From: Macrostomum lignano
Taxonomy: Eukaryota
DNA length: 64,000 nucleotides
Direction of reading: 5' to 3'
Assembly (NCBI GenBank): GCA_002269645.1
Contig: NIVC01003745.1
Coordinates: 1-64,000 of the forward strand
A program made the position numbers and the translations under genes. Below are positions 35,800 through 47,816 of this stretch, one piece after another. The stretch's first letter is position 1. The number at the start of each line of letters is the position of its first letter. Under the pieces are notes generated by a model, which made no database searches, was not told where the DNA came from, and was given only the letters and a program-made list of their open reading frames with translations.

Positions 35800-36168
35800 G
35801 CACTGAGGGGGGGGGGAGCAGCGGAGCTCACTGAAGCACTGAGGGGGGGGAGGGCTGCGGAGCTCACTGAAGCACTGGGGGAGGGCTGCGGAGCTCACTG
35901 AAGCACTGGGGGGAGGGCTGTGGAGCTCACTGAAGCACTGGGGGGAGGGCTGTGGAGCTCACTGAAGCACTGGGGGGAGGGCTGCGGAGCTCACTGAAGC
36001 ACTGGGGGGGAGGGCTGCGGAGCTCACTGAAGCACTGTGGGGGGGGGCAGCGGAGCTCACTGAAGCACTGGGGGGAGGGCTGCGGAGCTCACTGAAGCAC
36101 TGGGGGGAGGGCTGCGGAGCTCACTGAAGCACTGGGGGAGGGCTGCGGAGCTCACTGAAGCACTGGGG
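35800..36168. repeat. ~31-33-bp repeat (GCTCACTGAAGCACTGGGGGGAGGGCTGCGGA)
   Basis: Read directly; between convergent genes. Confidence 0.92.
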
Positions 36169-36231
36169 CAGCAACAGCAGTCACTGAAAGTATAATAATA
36201 AATGATAACAATTCTAGCACACCTAGAAGGC

Positions 36232-36496
36232 AGATGTGCAACCGACAGCTCAACCGCAGCTATTACGCGGCGCATCTGAAGGCTGCGTACGGCTGTTCAG
36301 TCCAAGGACTGGTGGGTCGCCACACACACCCCTCTCGATTACCCCAGCTAATGCTGGCACCCATTTTACAGCTGGATGAAATGAAGCAATGCAGAGTTAA
36401 TTGTCTTGCTCAAGGACACAAATTGTTCCAGTAAGATTTAGAATCGAACCCCCGACCTGCAAGTCGTGAGTCGGACGCCCTGACCACTAGGCTACA
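36232..36496 (-). mobile_element. tRNA-derived SINE with CORE-like domain, copy 2
   Basis: Aligns by eye along its length with 2404-2678. The A box TAGCCTAGTGG is intact and the B box reads GGTTCGATTCT. Confidence 0.8.
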
Positions 36497-36937
36497 CCCC
36501 GTTAGAAAGTACGCAAAGACACGGGAGCAGAACGCTTACCAATTTTATCCTTAAGATCACAAAATGTCACGGCGAAAAAAGACAATTACAGATCTTCGAA
36601 TTTCATTCCACTTGTATAATTGACCGCATAAAAACCACCCAGATCTTTAATAAAGAGCAAACTCAGTGCTATTCAAAATATAGGAATCAAAGACGGGCAC
36701 GGGAGCAGCACATCATGGCAAACATGCAGTGGGAGGGCAGGAAACAGACAGCAATGCAAATGCGAGCCTGCACCCTGAATGGAGCATCGAGCTGGTCAAA
36801 CGAATATTCTGAGCAGTCCGCGACCAGAATGACAGAGAAGGCTGACATGGCAATGAGGCACTCGGATTTACGAAATCAAATTTCATGTTACAATGCGCAG
36901 CAGTCACGAACGAAAGTGCATCAAGAACTCATGCTGG

Positions 36938-39900
36938 TCACGTACAGGCGGCCTGAGGCTGCCGAAGACTCGCGCAGGCAGGCGAAGGGTCCGCAGTGGC
37001 CGACTCGCGAGGCATCGGCTCTGAGTCAGCGGGCACCGGCTCAGCGGGCACCGGCTCAGCAGATACTGGCTCAGCAGATACTGGCTCAGCGGGCACCGGC
37101 TCAGCAGACACTGGCTCAGCAGATACCGGCTCAGCAGATACTGGCTCAGCGGGCACCGGCTCAGCAGATACTGGCTCAGCGGGCACCGGCTCAGCAGATA
37201 CCGGCTCAGCGGGCACCGGCTCAGCGGGCACCAGCTCAGCGGGCACCGGCTCAGCAGACACTGACTCAGCAGGCACCGGCTCAGCGGGCACCAACTCAGC
37301 AGATACCGGCTCAGCGGGCACCGGCTCAGCAGATACCGGCTCAGCGGGCACCGGCTCAGCGGGCACCAACTCAGCAGATACCGGCTCAGCGGGCACCGGC
37401 TCAGCGGGCACCGGCTCAGCAGGCACCGGCTCAGCGGGCACAAACCCAGAAGTCGCGGACTCCGCCGGTTGCGAGTCTCCAGCCGATGTCTCAGGGCCAA
37501 TCCTGGCATAGAACAGCAGGTAGGCCTCCGCGTTCAGCGCCTGAGCCTCTGAGGCGGGAGACACGTGCGAGTCGCTGATGTGGTACCAGCGGCCGGACTG
37601 GGCGCACACGTAGGCGGTGTAGTGACCGCCGGCCAGGCTGCCGGAGTGCTCAACAATTGAGCAGAGCTGGAAATCAATCAGCTGGCCGGAAGCAACAGCG
37701 AGGCGCAGCAGCAGCGGGCAGCGGATGTGGCTGCCCGACTTGCGCAGCTGGCGACCCTGCTGGGCGAAGCGCTTCAACTGCAGCGTCAGCAGCCGCGGCG
37801 GCTGGTCGATGAGCAGCCGCTTGCTGTGATCAGTGGAGGCGCCGCAGCCTTCGCAGCGAACCCGGTTGCCAGCGGTGAGCAACTCGGCGGCAGTGAACTG
37901 GAACAGGCAGTGCTCCAGCGTGCCAGGTGGGGGCAACGGCTCTGACCGCAAAGGCTGCGACGCTGACGGAGGCGCTTTAGTCGAAGCCTTATTGTCTGTC
38001 TCCTCGGGTTCGCTGCTGTCCGCCAGGCAGCCCTCCAGCGTGTCCGTGCGGTTCAGCAGCTCCGGCGTGCCGGACTCCGCCTCCATGCCGGAGTCCACGT
38101 CGCTGCGAGCGTCCTGGACAGCTTTCTCTTTTGAAGCATCCTGCTGAGCCTCCTTCACCACCGACTCCTCAGCTGCCGGCTTCTCTACACCCGCCTCCTT
38201 CATCTCCAACTCCTCATCTGCCGGCTTCTCTGCACCCGCCTCCTTCATCTCCAACTCCTCAGCTGCCAGCTTCTCCGCACCCGCCTCCTTCATCTCCGAC
38301 TCCTCAGCTGCCGGCTTCTCTACACCCGCCTCCTTCATCTCCAACTCCTCATCTGCCGGCTTCTCTGCACCCGCCTCCTTCATCTCCAACTCCTCAGCTG
38401 CCAGCTTCTCCGCACCCGCCTCCTTCATCTCCGACTCCTCAGCTGCCGGCTTCTCTGCACCCGCCTCCTTCATCTCCGACTCCTCAGCTGCCGGCTTCTC
38501 CGCACCCGCCTCCTTCATCTCCGACTCCTCAGCTGCCGGCTTCTCTGAACCCGCCTCCTTCATCTCCGACTCCTCAGCTGCCGGCTTCTCCGCACCTTTG
38601 CCCGCGCTCCCGTCGGCCTTGTCGGGATTCTCAACGGCGCGGGAGTCCAGCTCCGCCTTCTCAATCTCAGGCTCGTCCGCCTTATCACCCAGGGTGAGGC
38701 TTTCCAGCTTCTTCTCCGCCTCCATCTCGTCCAGCCGGCCCTTCTCAATCTGCTGCTGCCGCTGCTGCTTGGCCGCGCGCTTCTGCTGCTTTTTGGTGAG
38801 CCGCTGCTGGCGCCGGTTCTTCTCCCGCAGATGCTTCGGCTCGGGGGTCCTGGCTGTGGACGAAGTCGAAGGCGACACAGAGCGCGGCGCCGCCGAAGGC
38901 CGGTGGTGGACGGTCTCGGTGATGGGCAGCATGAGGTCCTGGAATATCTCTGGCGTACGGGACGCCCTGCCGCACTGCAGGCAGACCAGCTCGGAGACCA
39001 GGCGGCCGGAGAACTCGGCGTCAATCACCGTGCTGTCCCTGGCGCTGTGGTTGAGGGCGCGAGCTCGATCCCGTAGCTCCTGCGGCACCTGCAGTGACGG
39101 AGAAGGTAAAATATGCTGAGTCATGAGTTCAACGGGCTTGGGTGCTCCGTACCGCTCAATAAGTATGGAAAGGGAAACTGCAGCTTGGGAAACACCGCTG
39201 CAAAAATTGCCCTCATCCTGACATGGTGAGGATGATGTCATGATGTGACATGGTGAGGATGATGTGACATGGTGAGGATGATGTGACAAGGTGAGGGATG
39301 ATATGACATGGTGAGGGATCATGTGACATGGTGAGGATGATGTGACATGGTGAGGATGATGTGACATGGTGAGGATGATGTGACATGGTGAGGATGATGT
39401 GACATGGTGAGGGATCATGTGACATGGTGAGGATGATGTGACATGGTGAGGGATCATGTGACATGGTGAGGATGATGTGACATGGTGAGGGATCATGTGA
39501 CATGGTGAGGGATCATGTGACATGGTGAGGATCATGTGACATGGTGAGGATGATGTGACATGGTGAGGGATCATGTGACATGGTGAGGATCATGTGACAT
39601 GGTGAGGATCATGTGACATGGTGAGGGATGATGTGACATGGTGAGGATGATGTGACATGGTGAGGGATCATGTGACATGGTGAGGGATCATGTGACATGG
39701 TGAGGATCATGTGACATGGTGAGGATGATGTGACATGGTGAGGGATCATGTGACATGGTGAGGGATCATGTGACATGGTGAGGATGATGTGACATGGTGA
39801 GCAGGTGGCTCATCAGCTTTTGCTTTTGCAATTCGTGATCCCCACAGGCACAAAAAGCAACTCATTTAGCGCAGACTATGAATTCGGGGAGACTCACCTG

Positions 39901-40873
39901 CTTGGGATCGGAGCCCTTGCCGAGTCCCAGGCTGGCCAGGATGGCCGTCTGGATGCGCCGCACCTCCTCGGTCTTGGAGGCGTCCAGCAGCGTCCTCAGC
40001 AGCTCGTGCGCGTCCTGCTGCTGGCGGCCCCGGAAGCGGGGTTCCGCTCCATCACCTGGCCGAGCAGGTCGGACGGCCGGTGTGGCGCCTGCTGGCCGCT
40101 GCGGATGGCCGCCAGGGTGGCCGCCAAGCACTTCGTGGTCCGGCCGGCTGGCTCGGTGAGGCGCAGCCGCAGCGGCTCGGCTCCGGCCGGCAGCGTCAGC
40201 TCGCCAGAGGCGGCGACCGCGTGCTGTGCGAGCAGATCGGCCAGGCCGGGCAGGTGGGCGAGGCACTGCAGGATGGAGTTGAAGAAGCAGGTGTTGCCCA
40301 GGTTCGACAAGCCGCGGCACTCCCGCCCGGCGGCGGCGGAGACAGCACGACGCCCGTCAGCAGCGGCGGCAGCCGGCAGGGCGGCCAAGCGGTCGGCGTG
40401 GCAGCGCAGCAGGTTGCAGGCGGTGGCGAACTCGCCGGAGCCGCTGGTGGGCAGTTCGCGGTCGCAGACGTAGCACCAGGCCTGGGGAGGCAGCAGGATG
40501 GAGCAGAGCAGTCAGGGAGGGCGTCTTAAAAATTTCTATGCGCCCAGACCGACGGAGAAAAAATGGCGTCACTTACCTGCAGCTGGTCCATCGACACAGC
40601 GACCGGATGGCTGGCTGTTTTGAAGTGCTTCAGCGCCTGTCGGCAGTCGGTGTAGCGGCCGCAGCCTGTGGCGGCGCAGCGCAGGCAGAGCCAGAGCCCG
40701 CCGGTGGCGCCGCCAGCGCAGCCGTCACAAACCGGCCTGCACGGCTGCGCGTCCGCCGTGCCGCCGAGCTGGCGGAGCGTCTTGCGGACCGCGGCCAGGT
40801 CCACCCCGGCTTGGAGGTGCGGGCAGCGGCCGCCGCCAGCCGGTGCTGCTGACTGGCGCTTCTTTTTTGGCAT
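36938..40873 (-). CDS. USP16/45: Ubiquitin-specific protease USP16/USP45 family (ZnF-UBP and UCH domains)
   Basis: Exons 40873-40577, 40481-39898 (1 nt short at GGGG 40038-40041) and 39088-36938. Cys box GLSNLGNTCFFNSILQCL, QQQDAHELL, His box GSLAGGHYTAYV, WYHISDSHV, AYLLFY, plus the K/Q-rich insert typical of USP16/45. Confidence 0.92.
37020..37445 (-). repeat. Coding 15-bp repeat, (AEPV[P/S])n, in the USP C-terminal tail
   Basis: In frame after the AYLLFY motif. Confidence 0.9.
38155..38595 (-). repeat. Coding 45-bp repeat, (EKPAAEESEMKEAGA) ~10 copies, within the USP catalytic-domain insert
   Basis: In frame in ORF 36938..39574. Confidence 0.9.
39220..39800. repeat. 19-20-bp satellite (GAGG[G]AT[C/G]ATGTGACATGGT) in USP intron 2
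   Basis: Read directly. Confidence 0.95.
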
Positions 40874-41271
40874 TGCGGGTGGGGCTGCAAGAGACGCATT
40901 GAGGCTGGCTTATTACTGATGTCGCGACTTTCTTAGTCATTTCTTTATTCAACTTCACTCGTCCCTGTTTACTCTGTTCTTTCTCTCTCTGCCTAGTTCA
41001 ATCTTGCTATTCTTATCTCTCTCTCCCTCGCCGCCTTCTGATTGGCTCTCCATTCTCGCCTCTCTCTTTAGTCGCGCACTCCACCCCTCTCTTTACGAGT
41101 ATTATTCTGGGCTCAACCCCCCTCCTTAAGTTAGTTTTATGAATACATTGGTTTGGGCCCTGCGCCCACTTACTGCTCCTTTCAGTGTTACAATTCAATT
41201 CAACTCTTATTTAAATATTCTTTAGTTTAGATCTATTCTTCTCTTTACAACTGATGACATCGTGCGGCTTC

Positions 41272-42522
41272 GTGTGACATGGTGAGGGATTATATAACAT
41301 GCTGAGGATGATGTGACACGGTGAGGGATCATGTGACATGGTGAGGGATCATGTGACATGGTAAGGGATCATGTGACATGGTGAGGATGATGTGACACGG
41401 TGAGGGATCATGTGACATGGTGAGGATCATGTGACATGGTGAGGATCATGTGACATGGTGAGGATGATGTGACATGGTGAGGGATCATGTGACATGGTGA
41501 GGGATCATGTGACATGGTAAGGGATCATGTGACATGGTGAGGATGATGTGACACGGTGAGGGATCATGTGACATGGTGAGGGATCATGTGACATGGTGAG
41601 GATCATGTGACATGGTGAGGATGATGTGACATGGTGAGGATGATGTGACATGGTGAGGGATCATGTGACATGGTGAGGATCATGTGACATGGTGAGGGAT
41701 CATGTGACATGGTGAGGATCATGTGACATGGTGAGGATGATGTGACATGGTGAGGGATCATGTGACATGGTGAGGGATCATGTGACATGGTGAGGATCAT
41801 GTGACATGGTGAGGATGATGTGACATGGTGAGGATGATGTGACATGGTGAGGATCATGTGACATGGTGAGGATGATGTGACATGGTGAGGATCATGTGAC
41901 ATGGTGAGGATGATGTGACATGGTGAGGGATCATGTGACATGGTGAGGGATCATGTGACATGGTGAGGATCATGTGACATGGTGAGGATGATGTGACATG
42001 GTGAGGGATCATGTGACATGGTGAGGGATCATGTGACATGGTGAGGATCATGTGACATGGTGAGGATGATGTGACATGGTGAGGATCATGTGACATGGTG
42101 AGGATGATGTGACATGGTGAGGATCATGTGACATGGTGAGGATGATGTGACATGGTGAGGGATCATGTGACATGGTGAGGGATCATGTGACATGGTGAGG
42201 ATCATGTGACATGGTGAGGATGATGTGACATGGTGAGGGATCATGTGACATGGTGAGGGATCATGTGACATGGTGAGGGATCATGTGACATGGTGAGGAT
42301 CATGTGACATGGTGAGGATGATGTGACATGGTGAGGGATCATGTGACATGGTGAGGGATCATGTGACATGGTGAGGGATCATGTGACATGGTGAGGATCA
42401 TGTGACATGGTGAGGATGATGTGACATGGTGAGGATGATGTGACATGGTGAGGGATCATGTGACATGGTGAGGATCATGTGACATGGTGAGGATGATGTG
42501 ACATGGTGAGGGATCATGTGAC
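41272..42522. repeat. Same 19-20-bp satellite, second array upstream of USP
   Basis: Same three unit variants as 39220-39800. Confidence 0.95.
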
Positions 42523-43091
42523 GGAACACGGTGTGATAAAATGTAGTCTTGAGTGACTTTCTGAGGCTGGGGCAAGTTCTGGTGCAGCAGTTGCTTACAG
42601 CTTGCAAGTCTTTCTACCCAGTCCTATGGATACCTATGGATAAGCAATTTCAATGGCTTTCATGATGTTTTAAATATTGATCTTCCAGTAATGAGCTAAA
42701 ATATTAAAGGTTGGAAAAATCAAAACTCAAGGTTACACAATTAATTAAAAATAATCAGTTTATGATATAATGCAGATCACGGAGTAGTTACTAGTTTAAT
42801 TCATACTGAGCAGTGACATTGGCAGCTAAAGCCTGCAGAGATTGCTAATGGAATTAAAGGTCAGCTGACTGGCATACTAAGATGAGCCAGTGAATACAGA
42901 GGCACCGCCAGTGGTCCAGCGGGCACAAATAAATAAAAGTGCAAAATAAATCTTGTTTAAATATCAGCCAATTGCTCAATTGCTGGATTATCGACCGATT
43001 GGCATCTCTGCCCAAGACGCGCCTCTCATTTTCACATCGCCCAGCCCAGCTGTGCACTGCAGCCGTGCTCTGGCCAACAGTAAAATATTAA

Positions 43092-43405
43092 CGGTCACAT
43101 TGAAGTTGTGATAGCGGGCCGCGGCGGGCTAATGTACAGAAGGCGGGTCACATTGAAGTTGTGATAGCGGGCCGCGGCGGGCTAATGTACAGAAGGCGGG
43201 TCACATTGAAGTTGTGATAGCGGGCCGCGGCGGGCTAATGTACAGAAGGCGGGTCACATTGAAGTTCTGATAGCGGGCCGCGGCGGGCTAATGTACAGAA
43301 GGCGGGTCACATTGAAGTTGTGATAGCGGGCCGCGGCGGGCTAATGTACAGAAGGCGGGTCACATTGAAGTTGTGATAGCGGGCCGCGGCGGGCTAATGT
43401 ACAGA
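43092..43405. repeat. 53-bp tandem repeat, 6 copies
   Basis: GGTCACATTGAAGTTGTGATAGCGGGCCGCGGCGGGCTAATGTACAGAAGGCG. Confidence 0.95.
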
Positions 43406-43556
43406 AGGCGGGTCACAGAGCCCAGTCACAAAGCACTCACAATGGAACCCAGAGGAACCAATTTTGGGAAATATTCGGGAATCTCTCAACGGTCTCGAAT
43501 GCTGCTGACTTGCAACCTTCTGAAAAGGGAAATCGAGAGCTGCTCCGTGAAGCTGC

Positions 43557-43562
43557 TTTATT
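43557..43562 (-). terminator. Polyadenylation signal of the acid phosphatase gene
   Basis: AATAAA on the minus strand ~40 nt after the stop codon. Confidence 0.55.
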
Positions 43563-43601
43563 CGGGAGACCACCTGCGTTCGCAGCAGCGCTGCACTCCG
43601 C

Positions 43602-46294
43602 TCAGCCGTCCACCTCGGTGTTCAGCGAATTGTACACCGCACCCGACTGCCTCTCGCGTCGGCGGAACCAGCGGCAGGCGCCAACGAAGGCCAGCATGGC
43701 GCAGGTGAGCAGCAGGAGGCCGCCGGCCAGCAGCAGCTGCACGCGGCTGCTCAGCCCGCCTAGGATGCCGTCGCCGCCTTCAACGCGGCACCGCTTGATG
43801 AGCTCCGGCAGGCTGAGCCGCATGGGCGCCAGGCCGGCGAGGGCGCTGGCCAGCGGGCAGGGCTGCCCGGGCTTCGGACAGCCCGGCGGCGGCAGGGTGA
43901 ACAGCTGCCGCTGGCTGCCGGTGCCGTTGCTGAAGAAAAACTTCAGGCTGAACTGGCCGGAATCGGAGTGCAGCTCGAACAGCACGGCCGAGGCGAAGTC
44001 CGGCCACACGAATTCTGTGTTGCCCAGGGCGGCCAGCGCGGAGGCCACCGTGGTGTCGTGGTCGGAGTAGAGGCGCAGGCGGGCGCCGCTGAAAACCGAC
44101 GGGGATTCTCCATTGCATGCGACGTTTCATGCAGTCTGCATGCAATAGCTTGTTTGGGGTCAGGAGAGCCAAACAGCCTGGGGGTCTGGAGTCAGGAGCC
44201 AAACAGCCTGGGGGTCAGGAGCCCAATAGCTGGTGTCAGATGGGGAGCGATCAAGATCCCCACACGGAACGGGGGAGTGACCAAGATCTCACACAGGGCA
44301 GGGAGTGACCCCGATCCCCGACACGGAACGGGAGAGTGACCCACAGGGCAGGGAGTGACCCCGATCCCACACAGGGGCAGGGGAGTGACCCGATCCCACA
44401 CAGGGCAGGGAGTGACCCGATCCCACACAGGGCAGGGAGTGACCCCATCCCACACAGGGACAGGGAGTGACCCCATCCCACTCAGGGACAGGGAGTGACC
44501 CCATCCCACACTGGGGCAGGGAGTGACCCCATCCCACACTGGGGCAGGGAGTGACCCCATCCCACACTGGGGCAGGGAGTGACCCCATCCCACACAGGGA
44601 CAGGGAGTGACCCCATCTCACACAGGGGCAGGGGGTGACCCCATCCCACACAGTTCAGGGAGTGACCCCATCCCACACAGGGCAGGGAGTGACCCCATCC
44701 CACACAGGGCAGGGAGTGACCCCATCCCACACTGGGGCAGGGAGTGACCCCATCCCACACTGGGGCAGGGAGTGACCCCATCCCACACAGGGGCAAGGAG
44801 TGACCCCATCCCACACAGGACAGGGAGTGACCCCATCCCGCACAGGGCAGGGAGTGACCCCATCCCACACAGGGCAGGGAGTGACCCCATCTCACACAGG
44901 GCAGGGAGTGACCCCATCCCGCACAGGGAGTTCTCCCAATTACCGGTCAGGAAGCCGGCCGTGGCTGATGTTGTCCATGGTGCCGAGGATTTCGTCCAGC
45001 AGCCGGCCGGAGCCGAAGCGCACCAGGTCCGGAGTCCAGGAGTACTCATTCCACTGGAAGCTCCCACGGTCACGAGGCGCTGCCAGTCGGGCCCGCTGTA
45101 GTTCAGCCAGGCGGGGGCGGGCAGGCCTTCGACCTTGTTGATCCACAGCGTGTCCAGCACTTTGTGGACGGAGGCAGGGGTGACGGCCATGCCCGCGCCG
45201 GCGCTCAGGCGCTTAAGAAAGTCGGCGTAGGGCCGATAGAACTGCAGCCTTGCCGGGTCGGCGTTCACCTGCTTGAACTGGCGCTCCCGTTCTGGGCACG
45301 GGAAATCGGGGGCCTCCAGCAGGTAATCCTTAGCCTTCGGTACCGTGTGCACCGGGATTGGTTGCCATGGTAACTGCGAGTTCCAGCGCTGATCTCCAAC
45401 TGGCGGGAAGAGGCCAGCAAGGCAGGACTGGGCGCTCATGAGGGTGCGGTCGAAGTCGGTGGAGCGAACGTAGTGCGCGCTAGAGTTGTAGCGACTGCCC
45501 AGGAAGGCGTCGTACCTGGCGGAGGCGAGTGAAAGGTGAGTGCAGAGGAGGGAGTTCACAGAAGGGGAGTGCAGATAAGGGGAGTGCAGAGGAGGGAGTT
45601 CACAGAAGGGGAGTGCAGAGAAGGGGAGTTCACAGAAGGGGAGTGCAGAGAAGGGGAGTGCAGAGAAGGGGAGTGCAGAGGAGGGGAGTGCAGAGAAGGG
45701 GAGTGCAGAGAAGGGGAGTGCAGAGAAGGGGAGTGCAGAGAAGGGGAGTGCAGAGAAGGGGAGTGCAGAGAAGGGGAGTGCAGAGAAGGGGAGTGCAGAG
45801 AAGGGGAGTGCAGAAGAGGGAGTTCAGAGAAGGGGAGTGCAGAGAAGGGGAGTGCAGAGGAGGGAGTTCACAGAAGGGGAGTGCAGAGAAGGGGAGTGCA
45901 GAGAGGGGGAGTGCAGAGAAGGGGAATGCAGAGAAGGGGAGTTCACAGAAGGGGAGTGCAGAGGAGGGAGTTCACAGAAAGGGACTGCAGAGAAAGGGAC
46001 TGCAGAGAAGTGGAGTGCAGAGGGGAGAAGGTGAGTGCAGGGAAGGTCGCCAATGACTCACCTCTTCCTGAGGAACTGTCCCAGGTTAAACTCGTTCATC
46101 TTGCCAATATTGGTGAGCTCGCCAAGCCCGTCCTTCCAGTAATTGTCGACAGTGAAATTCTGGCTGGGCAGAAGCTGCACAGGCGACCGGTGACCGTGGC
46201 GGAACAGCACGGATACGTGAACCAGCTCGGTCGTTGCCATGCCAACCAGAGCGCACAGCAACAGCAGCAAGCGGTGAATTGAGACCGACAGCAT
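43602..46294 (-). CDS. Lysosomal-type histidine acid phosphatase (ACP2/ACPP family), type I membrane protein
   Basis: Exons 46294-46062, 45515-44944 (1 nt short at 45063-45065) and 44088-43602. Signal peptide, RHGHRSP, RSTDFDRTLMSA, WQPIPVHTVP, YSDHD, C-terminal TM and a YNSL (YxxPhi) sorting motif. Confidence 0.92.
44240..44928. repeat. 27-29-bp minisatellite (GGGCAGGGAGTGACCCCATCCCACACA)
   Basis: Phosphatase intron 2. Confidence 0.93.
45535..46020. repeat. 16-bp purine-rich repeat (GAGTGCAGAGAAGGGG)
   Basis: Phosphatase intron 1. Confidence 0.93.
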
Positions 46295-46648
46295 GGTGGA
46301 CTGTATCCCAGGCTGAAGTTCGAGAAGCAATTTTTTTTAAATATGTGAGAGGTCAGTGCGAACATATGCTGCGATAATATAAGGAAGGTGCGAAGTTCAA
46401 GCATCAGCGAGCGCTTGCTGGAAAGACGGGAGACAAGAGAGCTACAATGTACAGGCAAATGTACACAAGTGTGGTGAGCGCACTGGGCAGGCAGTCAGCT
46501 CTCTCTCTGTGCCTGCCAATCTGCCTATCCACCCAAGGCACAAGCAAAGCAATGCCGGGTCAGCTGCAGTTTGCGAATCAGACAGGGTGGCCTCGGCTAA
46601 TTCGATAGAAAAGCTGCAATCTGCCCCGCCAGAAGCAGAGGAGTGGGC

Positions 46649-47816
46649 ATGAGCTACACGCTAAGGCAGGCAGAGCAGCACGAGCTGAGCAGGCGGGACC
46701 TGCGCCAGCTGGCGTTTCTGCCCTACGACTACACAGCGCACCGGGTGGCTCTGGGCTACGCCAGGCACTGGGCGATTCTGGTCTTGGCCCTGGCGGCGAC
46801 GGCGGCCGCCCAGCTGGCCTGGGGCTGCCCACTGCTGTCAGCCGGGGTGGCCGCCTGCGTGCCGCTCTACGCCTAAGCGCATAGCCGGGCCTTCGACTGG
46901 CTGGTCATCCAGCGCGGCCAGCCGGACTACTGGGACTTCGCCGCCGCCTGGCGCCTGCCGCACCGCGTCTACGTGGCAGAGTGCGATAGCAACAGTGAGC
47001 ACTCCTACAGGCCAATATTGAGCACTTATCTCTAGAAGGGTGCAAGGCATTTTCTAAAGGGAATGTCACGGACACTCAGTGAGATGTCAGTCCCGTACAT
47101 CTGAGCCCAGTATCAGCCGAGACAGCATGGGAAGGATTGGCAGATCGGTAGCATTGGAGAGAGCAGAGACAGTGAGTACACTGCAGTGATCGCTGGGTGG
47201 TTTCATCGATTCTGTGTGGGCATAACGGATATCAGGGGTGTCAACAATCTCTATATGGTTCAGAGGACCGCTGGGGTGTTAAGAGAGCTTCAGTTGGGTG
47301 TCAGTGGCTTTTGGAGGTTGTCAGCGATATCTAAATGTGTCGCGCATCACCATAGCGATGTCAGAGTTCTCTCCATCACTAATGCAGCAGAGCCTGCACC
47401 CCTTGCACCTGAGTGACACCATGACCTGCAGACCCTATTTTGTCACCCCCCACCCAGAGCGGCTGATCGGCGTGGTCTGCCTGCAGCACCAGCCAGACGG
47501 AAGCTGCGACCTGCAGCACGCTGCCGTGGTGGCCAGCCGTCGCCGCGGAGGAGTCGGCAGCGGGCTGGTGCGGCTGGCGCTAACGGAGGCTGGCCGGCTG
47601 GGCTACAGCAGGGTGACCATGTACAGCACAACAGTGCAGGCGGCAGCGGTGGCCATGTACAAGCGGCTGGGGATCGGGGTGGACCGCGTGCACAGCGTCG
47701 GAGTCAGCAAGCGAATTCCCTTCCTGCCGAAGCCGTTCGCCTACGTGCGCATGAGCGCGGAGCTGGGCAAGCAAGGGGGACTCGAATGCCTGCCCGAATC
47801 GCACAAGGACTGCTAG
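46649..47816 (+). CDS. NAT8/camello-like membrane-anchored GNAT N-acetyltransferase, with an in-frame TAA at 46874-46876
   Basis: Exons 46649-46994 and 47458-47816 (phase 1). Hydrophobic hairpin, VYVAE, LIGVV, acetyl-CoA motif RRRGGVGSGL, and A.AMYKRLG. The frame stays open on both sides of the stop. Confidence 0.75.
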
